From: Massalongia carnosa
Taxonomy: Eukaryota
Direction of reading: 5' to 3'
Assembly (NCBI GenBank): GCA_965645245.1
Contig: OZ287078.1
Coordinates: forward strand, 558,001 to 622,000
Length of the DNA: 64,000 nt
In this document: one piece after another, positions 10,801 to 22,099 of the stretch
How positions within the stretch are numbered: position 1 is the stretch's first letter
Layout: every line of letters starts with the position of its first letter
Position numbers and translations under genes: made by a program
The notes under the pieces: generated by a model
Databases searched by the model: none
Seen by the model: only the letters and a program-made list of their open reading frames with translations
Told to the model about the DNA's origin: nothing

Positions 10801-13800
10801 GAAAAACTGCTCCTTTACATCATTAGAGCCAAGGAGTCCAATACTGAGAGAACGTAGATCCGGCGACACTCTGCCTTGTTTAAGCAAAAGATTGCAAAGT
10901 CTACCATAATTTCGACATGATTCTGGGTCAATGTATCGGCGATTGCTATTAATGTGATTAGCTTTATCCAAAGTGAGCAATTAGATGGGAACTTATACTC
11001 GTTAACGTATACAATCAAATGATCATATAGATCTCCAAAGCGTAACGCCGCAGCTGCTTTATCATAACTTCCATTCAAATGGTAGCACATGGAAGCTTTT
11101 TCGAACAGCTCGCCCTTCTGAAAAAGCTCGGCTGCTTTTTCGAATTCGCCTCGTTCATACCATAACGCTATTATCCAACGTCAGCATTAAAACAATGGAT
11201 TTTATATCCTAAAATTCTTACTAGCTGCTTTTATAAAATCTCCCATATTCTCCATACATTTTGATGCATTATTAATTAGTCCAGCTTGTAAAAAGAGTTC
11301 GATAGCTGCTTCGGATCCTTTGACAAATCCCTCATGATCATCCTGGGCCTTCGAAATTCTCGCCTCTTTGTCCTTGAGATATGCACTGGCTGTAGTTATA
11401 CCTCGACTGTCACCGGATTTCGTAAAGCAAAGCTGAGCCTGATTCAATCAGCATATTAAGACGCACTTTGCAAACAATGGCTCCATAGAGCCGACATACA
11501 TCTTCGAAATTCTTTTGTTTCAGGAATTGATATCCCCTCTCGGCCCAGCGTTTAGGATCAATGGACCCTCCTGCTCGCAGTATCTTGAGCTTTGCTGCTA
11601 CCTAAAAAGTTTTTCGACTTAGCAGAGTCTCAATGACTGTAATGAAGTTTAACTTACGTCAGCGTCCTTAGGTTTAACTACGTCAATCAATGAATTTGTG
11701 CCACCATGACCCAGAACCTTCAAGATCGGGTTTACTGATTCCTTGGAGCCTTCTAAGAACCAGAGTTGTTGTCGTGCCCTCGTTACGGCAACGTAGAGAT
11801 GCTGTTAAATTTAGGTTAGAAAATGAAATAGTTGTAAACAGAGAGGAGAATAGTTTCACCTTGAGCTCTGAGCACAAAATCTGTTTCGAGTAATTAGCAT
11901 ATCTTTAGTGAAGAATAAGTAGCCGAAAAATACTAACGGCATGCTTAATCGCGTCGAAATTTTTACGGTCTGCACCAAGTAGCATATAAAGACTTCGATA
12001 ACTGGGTCCTTGTTCGCTGTCGCTGAAAAAGTTGTATAGCAATACATCATTGAACTCCATACCTTTACTCTCGAGAATAGTTAAAGTAAGGGCTACATCA
12101 CCGATCTTGGATTTCAAATTCGCCTTGGCCTCGTCGTCTCGGACAAGGATCACTTGCTCTGCGCCAAAATCGCTTAGATTATCGTTGAGGTTGACGAGTC
12201 CGATCATCCTCGATGAAAGGACGTCTGCGTCAAAGCCCGCTGGGTATGATTAATAATGAGGCCACAGGCAAATTCGAGAGAGAAGAATTACCAAAAAAAA
12301 GAGGCTTCGGACCTTCTAGCATACCGATTTCTGGTACGAGCTTGTCTACTGTGTCTGGAAAGCCTTGAGAATGGGTTAACTTTAAAATATCGCCACATGG
12401 GAGTCAAATAATTACCTGTCCAAAGCAATTTCATTACTAAAGAAGCCAAGTTCAGGATACCTTGGTGCGAGCGGTAGTTTTTCGCAAGTGAAAACTGAGT
12501 AGGCCTCGCAAGTTCTTCTTGCTTGCTGGATTGGCTCACTGTCGCATAGCGTTGGTAGAGCAAGTTCTTGATTTCTGCAAACCGGAAAGTCGAATCCATT
12601 GATATACATTGGGCAGTATCACCCGCTAAATTGAAATCAGAGAGTTCTTGCTCATTACTCGGACGAACATACCAAGATGGATCCCTCGCGCGTCATTAAC
12701 AACAGTCAATAGTAATGCAACGTCTAAGCAGCGTAGATCTTGAACCTCTAGTTAAAATTTAGCTAGATTCATTGTACGTTACATTTTTCTAGTTTCATAC
12801 CGTCAATGTAGACATTGTCGAATGCCTCTCCTAACCGGGTGCTCAAATCTGGTGTAGACTGAATTACTTCGAGCAGGCTCCTCACGCGATCGATCTGATC
12901 GATATCTCCTGATTCCAATTTTAACCTCTCATATTGCTCATAAGTATCGTAAAGTTGCCGCCTCTCTTGGTCGGTCGCAAAGGTTGGTGCTAATCTGGAG
13001 CTTGCCCTCGAATACTCCTCACGCGAAATTGCGGCCAAGGTATCCACGGAAGAGATGGAGCCTTTGATTACTCCCATTATCTCCGCAAATACTAGTTCAA
13101 CAGAGAGATGCTTAATAAGAGCAGGCGGGAACCTAACCCAGTACTCGGTCCTGAAAACATGAAAATCTAATACTCGGGGCTTACGACGAACAGCGCCACC
13201 AGAGCCATCAAAGTCTTTACGATCCGCTATTCTGTAAGCGGGCGAAGCGTGTCAGAAAGGAAATCTATAAGATGAGATGAGTGAACTTAACTTGATCGTA
13301 TTCTCCATTAAGCTCAGAAACCGGTCAAAAGTGCACACCAGCGGAAGGGGCGCATTCGTGAAAGAGAATATAGAGTCCGTAACTTGTAGGTCATCCTCTG
13401 CATCTGGCAATGTATCTACCTCGGAAGGCAATTCGAGGGTTAATTCGTTGGCCATCTGAGACTCGAATAGATTTCGTGTGTAGCTGTTCAGTTTACTTGC
13501 TAGGTAGGATGATTTTGTTAGGAGAATCTTTATCATTATCATATAGTCAGCCTAGTCAAGGTTGGCCAATATGTGAGAAACTTACCTGACGGATGACACT
13601 CTCGCCTGGAAGAGCATTGCTAACCCGAAACCTAGTAAGAATTTTGAAAATAAGACAGGTAGTTTTCCCCGTTCCACTTCTACCAAGAATCAGAGTTGAA
13701 GAACTGAAATGCGAGACAATGTGAAGCTCCTCTTGTGAAAGCTCGAATGGGAACTCAGATGACTGATCACCCGACAAAAGAGATCTAAGGAGGGGCTCTG

Positions 13801-15583
13801 TAACGCTGTAGAATTTGTCTATAATTTGAGCTGTCAGTACTCTTTGTTTCTTCCCTAATCGAATCACCCAAGGTCTAAAGACTTAGAGATACGCACTGGA
13901 CATTTCGATAAGTCGTTTATCATCTTCTCTGATATTATCCGTCATTGAGGATATAACTAGTGGGAAATGATCCTCTGCGGGAGAAAACTCTAGGGGAACT
14001 AGAGTTCCGTCTGGTTGTGATAATGGCGCCTTTTGACACTGTCGACATAACTCAGGTCCATAGAGCTTTTGCAAGTCAATGATCCCGTTAACGGCTGAAT
14101 TGAACTAGCCAATAGGTCAATTTTTATGTTGACAGCAATAAGGAATCTCCTGCTCAAACCTTGTCGATATGGATTATTTGCCACACTGTAAGGGGTTAGT
14201 AAGTCCATATGATTCAAGCTTTCTTGTGAACACTGCATTATCCTACCTTTTACAAGTTGCCGTACACTGGCCAGCTCATCGTATATGCCAACATCAATTT
14301 GCCACAAAATCCATAACCTGCCTGGGCATCTCGCTCCTAGTATTGGCACCCGCATGCGGGTTTTTTGAGACTGAGAGCCTACTCGTGTTGATAAATTCCT
14401 CCCCTTCCAACCACCACTCGCGAGCTCCATGAACTTCTTATTAAGAGTATCAAACTGGCCTTGATCGAGTATTAATAAAGGCCACACAAGAATTGGCGGT
14501 TTAGCTAATAGACATACCAGAATGCGATAGATTTCGAAAATCCCGTAATGCTTGGGCAGATAGTAGCACTTTCCAAACCCCAATCCTCTGTCCGAATATT
14601 TCCAAATTGAAGGCCGAATCTACTGTTTCAAGTCGCCTGGTATCGGTACGAAAAAAATCACCAGGGTTGCCAGCCTTGCGGGTAGCCTGGTTGCAAGGTC
14701 TACAAGGAAACGTTTTCATGGCTGATCTCATCACCTTCAAAGTTTCCCGGACTTTTAGAGACTCAAGGACCGAGTCAAGCGTGCGTAGAGACTTCGGAGT
14801 ATCGAGTTGAAATTTAGCTAGGCCCTCCAAAATACTGGCTGGTAAATCGAATGCAGGTAGTTGCTGCTGGGACCTACCCATCTTCTTGTCGTACTCCTCA
14901 AGTCGTTTCAAATTTTGAAGGGGGATGCATTGAGCTGTGTGGCTCAATTGCGTCTGGGAGATTTGAGTATCTCTTTCCACTAATTCAAGCGAATTTTTTA
15001 GGGTTGAAAGATCTAACCACTGGTCGAACAGGTTGCTTGTACCATGATCATGGGTACATGAGTTACACAGGTCTAATAACCTTTGGGTAAATATCTGCAG
15101 CACAGACGGATTCTGAAGACTATGTTCGTAATCTTCCACCCAGCGATCAAGTGCTCGACCTCCCTTCTCATCGGTCACCAACCGTTCCAGAATACCGTTA
15201 GATTCGGACAAAGCCTCCGCAAGGGCTTCCAGCGCGGTGTTAGCGCAATTTAGAATGACTGTAATACCTGAGGTGATGATACGCGTGACTTCGTCCTGGT
15301 GATCAAGTTCTTGTGATGCAAGTAGTAATGGTAGAAGAAGGTTGTAAGCTATCGCATCCGCTACCTTTTTGGAGGGCCTCCGAAGGTTGAGTATATCAAG
15401 AACGGATCTTAATCGTGGCCCAACGCTGCCAAGATCTAAAAACAAGTCTTTTAGAGCCTTCTCATTGATTTTAGTCAATGAAGGGTCTTCTATAACTGCG
15501 TCTGCAGCCGCCTGGTACTGGGAGTAGGTTGGGGACACTGTTTGTTGAAGAAGAGTGAGAAAATCACTAGTACTTTGAGCCAT
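7805..15583 (-). CDS. Large multi-exon TRANK1/LBA1-like UvrD-type (SF1) helicase with TPR-like alpha-solenoid and C-terminal IQ-like motif
   Basis: ATG 15583 (MAQSTSDF). Walker A LILGRSGTGKTT (~13660-13695), Walker B VYIDEVQD across an intron, AGDTAQCI..DSTFRF, LAKNYRSHQGILNLA, FGAEQVILVRD, LTILESKGMEFNDVLLYNFF, LCSELKHLYVAVTRAR. Helical repeats (AAIELFLQAG, EKAAELFQKGELFEKASMCY). AVVKIQAFWRR near the C-terminus. Stop TGA at 7805. More than 15 short introns; not every junction was resolved. Confidence 0.85.
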
Positions 15584-17248
15584 TGTAGAAGTCTTGCTTC
15601 TGATGATGTCGTGGTGGTGGTTCACGGGTTGTGAAAACAGATGTTTATGTATGAGCAAATCGCGTAGTTGAAGGACTAAGAGAGATGGGTGTTGTGATGG
15701 TAGGTAAATTTGCTTAGATGCTCTGCATGCCCAATATCTAACGGAGATAAGCTGAGTTCAGCAGCTTTAGGATTAGCGGGCTTCAGGTTATCAAATGTCA
15801 AAGAGATTTGAGCATTAATCCGATTCTAGCTTATTCTGATGAGGCCTAGAGCTTGACCAAATGGCAAAAGCATCCCCCAGGAGAAGCTTAGGCAGAAGCA
15901 GCGAGAATCCCAGATGATTGATAGAATATCTGCAGGCATCCGATGAAATGGGGGGTTGTTTCGCTTCCAATGCTTTATATGAGCTACATAATATGTAACA
16001 GGGCAGGCTATCCGTTATTGAGTACCTAAGTTGATTATTGCATGTTTGTACTATCGGATAGGCTGCAAATCATAAAAATAAATGGAAATTGATAGCTTGC
16101 GCCCTTGCGCGTGTCTGAGACTTATCGATATTCTTGATACCTGGAGGCTGATTCCAAAGTTGAATATAATACAACTTTTTCATTCTTTACCCCCTCTTCA
16201 AAAGAAACCCGGCCTATAGTATCAGTTGTTAGAAGTATTTCAGAGAGGGATAACTATATTCAGTGTTGAACTTGCCAAGCAAAGAAGAAATATAAGGTAG
16301 AAGGTCGAGGACTGGATCTAGGAGACTGGGAATGATATCGGATGCGAAAAGCCAGACTGACAACTGAGACATTACTAGTGATCTGTATCTGGCCGGCACG
16401 CATATACGCACGCACACGCCCACATGCCCCCACATCGCGCCAAAGCTCACCATCTTTTATGGAATGAGAAAACGCTGTATCTGGCTATTTAAGGGGTTTG
16501 GTCCTCTAAGCAGAGGACGAAAGACTTCTATCGTGCGGTTGATCTTCATTTTCCCTTCTCCCTTAACATCCCATGAGCCGTCACTCATCCGATTATGGTT
16601 TGAGAACTGATGTTACTATGGCGTAGTCTTAGTTGTGAAACATCTGAGGCCGGAGTGCTATTTTGTCTGTAATCCTAATTTAGATCTTGCGATGAGAGGA
16701 TCAATGGAAGCTTATATGAAGCGGTTCATAGGGAGGTGTTTTTATATATATTTAAAATAGGTAGACGTACACCATGTCATTACATCGTAAATCCGGCTAC
16801 CCCGCTAGCTCCTGTTTTATGGGGCAGGATATCTGCTTGAGTCATTTGCTCCGTCATTTGCTCGGTTCGTAGTGTAGCTTAAGAGACAAAAAATTGAATT
16901 GACGGGAAAACATTAAAATTGTGAATGAATGACTGGATGCGGTTTGCATATACGCATGCTTGAAGAAACAAGTAAGATAAATCTGTGCCTGACTGACTAG
17001 ACGTGTAGCTGAAGGAATGAATCACTGCATATCACGGTGAGAATTTGAGAGTGGACGTGCAAATCTCTCCCAGGCTTTCATTAATAAAGTGGATTGATGT
17101 CAGAGTATTGCGTTCGGAAATCATACCTGGTTGTTTTATCTTGACCCGGCCTCCAAAGTCCATTCTTCGTCAATCCCGGTCGTTCGTTCTCTTAAGAACC
17201 TCATACGTTCAGAGTGAAAAGTAAATCGCAGCACTCAACCGTCAAGAC

Positions 17249-18498
17249 TCAAGTCACCGTAACCCCAGGCATAGCTCCTGGCATCTCAAAACCCCTTTCG
17301 TTCCCTTTCACCCGTCGCCTCACCTCTTCCATTCTCTCCTGCACGGTATCTCGCGTTCCTTCTACCCCTGATTCCCCTGATGCTGCCTGTACTCCACCAC
17401 CATCTTCTTTCTCATCTCCAGGCAACGGACCTCTCGTATTCTGCTTTCGCGGCCACAAACTTGGCAATATGACCTGCTGTACGCGTGGCTCCACGCATCG
17501 GTCATCGATCCATGCATGTAGCCTGCTCTCCACTAGCTGGGCGATCTTTGGGATATCCTGCAGACGCGAGCGCGAGCCCACAAGCGAGCGCACACTGAGG
17601 TCAAGGCGGTAGTCGGGAAGGAAGGAGAAGGCAAGGGTGGTAGGAGTTGTGGAAGGCGGAGCTATAGATGGAGGACTAGTGGTGGAAGGCACAGGTGGGG
17701 AAGATGACGGGAGAAAGGAGACAGACAAAGTTCCTGAGAATCGCACGACGGAAACTGCTAGCGCTATGGGAACCATGGCGGTGAGGGGTTTAGGGTAGTT
17801 GAGGATGATCTTTGTCTCGATGCCCAGGGTAATGAAATCGCTAAGATCAACATCCATGCGCGCCTGCAACTGGGGACCTTCCTGGTCCGACGAGTCGTCA
17901 TTGATAGGATGAACCCGGCAGTTGCTGAGGATGGGGAAATCCTCTCCAAGGCTGATTTCGGTGACCTTAATGCTGGAGAGGAAGCTGGGTTTTTGTGGGC
18001 CATTTAGAATGTCTGTTAAAGACGTGAGGATGGCATTGTCGTGGTGTGCGTCGTTTCTAAACTGCGCAATTGTTTGGGCTATGAGCACATTGAACCAATC
18101 CAGCGATTCAGGCTGATGAGAATTGACGTTGTAATATGTTTTTTCAAGGATGGTCGCCGTAGTAAGACGTGGAGGGGTTCGAAGGACGTACGAGGGGGAT
18201 TTCTTGCTGTCGATTTTATGTAAGGTGGTTGAAGAAGAGTTGATTGATGTAGAGCGATTACGGTGGGCAAGAGCGCGTCTTGCGGCCGTGGTTTCAGGGG
18301 AGGGTGCTTCGCCGAAAATGAAGAATTTGATAAAGGCTCCTATCAGTATTACCACGGACAGCTGGCCAAGGAGGAAACCTTCTGTGAACGAGAGCCTATG
18401 AATGATTACTTGGCGTAACTCTTTAACCCGTCGACTCAAACTTACGTGGATTGTTGATGAATTTGCTGAGGGGTATCTAGGTTCATATTTCTGGCCAT
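17249..18498 (-). CDS. MMM1: ERMES complex subunit Mmm1 (SMP-domain lipid-transfer protein), 2 exons (18498-18446, 18395-17249)
   Basis: Splicing the GTAAGT...TAG intron (18445-18396) gives [46 protein letters not shown]. Motifs [60 protein letters not shown]. Confidence 0.95.
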
Positions 18499-19178
18499 GC
18501 TGTTCTGGAGATACGCTGTCGTAATAAGGCCGTATTAGGCTCATGGTAGAAAAAGGTTCAAGTAAATTGCACTCTGTAGCAGTTACTCTGTTCGAGTACA
18601 AATCGCAAAGTGAGGATTGATTCTTCCAAATGAGGTTAGCCAAGCTTTAGGAGCTTATCTGACCTTTCCCAATGAGGTAGTTAAAGTTGGTTTTTAAGGC
18701 GAGAAACAAGCCTTACAAGGCAAAATCATGGACTCCCTATCTACCACCTAGATGCTCTGTACTCCATATCTTCTCATGATACAGATGTCAGATCTAAAAT
18801 AAAGATTTCTTCAGACGGACGAAAGAACAGTATGTTGGAAATCGATCGATGAAATTAGAGGGCGTAAATTGTAGTAAAGAACCCGCTTTCTAAATGTCCC
18901 AAATACAATAACGTTAGGGGCCCGTTTCTATCAGTACATGAAACCGTATTTTCGACCACAGAGCTAGCCCTTACCTCAGAGCAGATATAATTCCCCAGAT
19001 GGGCAATCAGTTTCATATCTTGTCGTCGGAAAGCAATCCGGGCGCCGTTTTCGCTTCTCTGGGCTCCTTATAGCGCTAGCTTATTCATAAGCTATTTGCC
19101 ATCCTGCCAAACCCTTTCGCCTTTTTAATTAGAAGTGTGAAGTTCCTTACGTAGAAACATCCAAAGAAAAGCCAGGGT

Positions 19179-20486
19179 CTAAGATTTAAATGAGTCCCGC
19201 GCGCTTTGGCTGCTGGCGCTCATCGGGGGATTTGAGGTTGGGAGGATGCCAGTCTTTGGTTTGGATGATTGCTTCACTTTGGCCAACGCATACACAATTC
19301 CGCTAACAAAGCCGACGCCAATCGCAGACACGCTTGGAAGGGTGACCGGTGCGTCGAAGAAAATAAGTCCGCTCAAGGCAATAGGCAACTTATTGAGGGC
19401 GCCTACCATGGAGTATGTAGTCGATGAAGTAACGCGGACGCACCATGCCGAGGTGTAGGAGATAAAGACGGACGAGAGACCTGAGAAGATCATGGCAAAA
19501 ATAAGGTTATTGCGGTTATCCTCGGGGAAGTTCTTGCTGACGTTATCCGACGACCAGTTCTCAAACACAATCGAGGCCACAAGAAGAATCGGTATAGAAA
19601 GCACGTTGTTGTAGAACATGGCTAGAGGAGATGTTACTGACAGCGGCTACAAAAGGAAGAAAATAGGCTTACTATCAAAATCCTTGAAGTTAGTCAACTT
19701 TATTCGCTTGCGCATTCCCAGAACATATGCCGCGCTACAGAAGCAATTGAAAAGCATCCACATATAGCCAGCATTAAGCGTGGAGACTTTTGCCGACACT
19801 TCTTCGCTTGCATGGCCATAGTTTTGCAACGCGTGCTGTATGTCTGCCCAGGCCGCAATGACTGAGCTCAGAACCATTAAAATGAAGGAGAATAGTGCCA
19901 TCCCAGTCACTGAACCGCCAAACCACAGCACCTCACCATAGGCGATGAGGATGATTGTCAAGTTTTTGAATATGGTATACACGGGGATTGAAAGGAACTG
20001 GAGAGCCTTGGTACTCGTGTAAATCATGCCAATGAGCAATAAGGATATGGGAAACCCTGCAGGATTGATAAGCACATTGAAGTTATCGTTGAGGGACAAC
20101 ATGACATACATTTCCTGGCTTCATCGGAGTTAAAATCCCGATAAGTTATAACACCTGATGATTTGCAAACTTGGATCGCAAGCACACAGACGACAGACTA
20201 TAACTGGTCAAGACTAACGGCGCCCATTTATTATTGTTTTACGTACCTGAACGGCGAGTAAGAAAAAGTTGAGGTTGAATCCAAGGCCTGAGAGGACGAA
20301 TTTATTCGTTACAGTCATCAAGATGGACGAACCACAGTAACTGAGTACAGGTAAGATAGGATTATTTACGACCGCACCGATGGGAGCAGCAGTATGTCGA
20401 GGAGGGGATAGCGGCCGCTCAAAGTTTTTTCCATTTCGATCACCCATATCCACCGTGAAGTCGTCTCTTTTCTTATCGTCTGCCAT
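19179..20486 (-). CDS. VRG4: Golgi GDP-mannose transporter, 4 exons (introns ~20246-20198, 20109-20057, ~19671-19623)
   Basis: MADDKKRDD start, [51 protein letters not shown], and the diagnostic [13 protein letters not shown] (GALNK) motif. Confidence 0.95.
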
Positions 20487-20815
20487 TGTGGGTGTTGGTG
20501 AAGGCAACGTTAAGGTTCTCGTATTTGACCTAGCTAGGGGTCGTGAAGAAAGAGGATCTCCTGGAGATTTAAGGGTGGGAACAGCAGCCCAAAAGAGTGA
20601 CGCAAGGTTATTGTGCAGGAAAGTGGGAGAGTGCGCTCCTCCAAGGATTTGCGGATTGTGTATGTCAGAAGAAGATGATTAGACGTAGAAAACAGATGGA
20701 GACAGATGGAGACAAAATTTGAAGATCATAGATTGTTGATAAGGCAATGAAAATCAGCTCGGACCAGAAATAAATTGAACGCTAGGACAATTTGGGCGAT
20801 CAGGGGCATTCGGGG

Positions 20816-20870
20816 ACGGGTAATCTACGGGTAATCTACGGGTAGTTAAGTACTCACGTGGTACTCCGTA
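20816..20870. promoter_or_regulatory. Candidate cis-elements in the divergent VRG4 / phosducin-like promoter
   Basis: Tandem ACGGGTAATCT x2 plus ACGGGTA (Reb1-like CGGGTAA core), CACGTG E-box at 20856 and TACTCCGTA at 20862, within a ~610-bp head-to-head spacer. Confidence 0.35.
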
Positions 20871-21096
20871 CTCTACACGGCTAATGGGGCTGCCCTAATC
20901 TAATCTCATCTCATTTCATCTCATGATCGTGCCTTTTAGGTTGCTGCTTTACAAACCCTCCTTTAGTACTCTAGTTGCGACAGCGAGATGATATGCCACC
21001 TGCAGCTCACCACCAATCACACTTGTGCGTATCCTAGCACTGAATCGTCCTCTCATCCAAGCTCATTCTACGCTAAACCGTTCATCATCATCACCA

Positions 21097-21838
21097 ATGC
21101 CCCCGCAACAACCTCCGTCAGACGACGAAGACGCCCTTCTCGATGCTCTAGACTACGATTCCGACCCTGAGCTAGCTCCCTATCGTGCCCAGCGCCTCCA
21201 ACAACTCGCCTCTGAGCTTGCCCTTGCAAAACAACTTCGGAAAGAGGACCATGGCACTTATACGGAGATTGTAGATGAGAAGGCACTGATGGAGATCGTG
21301 ACGAGTACGAAGTGGTGCGTGGTGCATTTTTTCAAGCCGGATTTCGGGAGGTGCGGCGTAATGGATGGGCATTTGGAGGTTGGTTCACCACTTGTCTAGA
21401 TTTTTTGTGTCCTGTGGAGGGCTGAGGAAGGGTAACATAGGTAAGAGAAAAGATAAGAAAAGCTAATAGCAAGCGCCTAAGCATCTCGCACCCGCCCACG
21501 TGGAAACTCGCTTCCTGCGGATGAATGTTGACAACGCTCCCTTCCTTGTCACAAAGCTCAAGGTCCAGGTCCTCCCATGCGTGATTGCATTCGTGGACGG
21601 GATAGGCGTGGATCGGATCGTAGGATTTGAAGGGCTGGGAAGCGGGGCGCTGGGTGGCGAAGGCTCTGTGGACGGATTCCTTACCAAGGATTTGGAGAGA
21701 AGGTTGTTGGCCGCGCGCGTTCTGGTTGGGAGCAAGGCGGTGAAAGAGGTCGGACGGGGGGGTACAGGGGGAGGGGGAATGTGGGGAAAGAAGAAAAAGG
21801 AGGGAGATGGGAATGAGGATGAGGATGATTGGGACTAA
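21097..21838 (+). CDS. Phosducin-like thioredoxin-fold protein (TXNDC9/Plp1 family), 2 exons (intron 21379-~21481)
   Basis: YRAQRLQQL...HGTYTEI.DEK, CVVHFFKPDFGRCGVMDGHLE, then LAPAHVETRF.RMNVDNAPFLVTKLKVQVLPCVIAFVDG..VDRIVGFEGLG. Acidic C-terminus EDEDDWD. Confidence 0.9.
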
Positions 21839-22099
21839 GTTATAGGCTCTCAAACCCAATTTTATCTTTACCAGCAAGTTCCGATCTGATTTCTGTCATC
21901 CAGACTCATCACTTCTCCCCCGCAGGAAATGTCTCAATGTCGCCATTCACTAATTTAAACCATTATCATTCCTCTAGTCCCCCTTTTCAGCAAATAAAAC
22001 CCAGAATTTCAGTTCTTGATCGGTCTTCTGATTCTCAACACCAGCTCTTGTTCGTTTGTCTCCGAACTTTCCTACAGGTTCAAGGGCCATTTTGACGAT

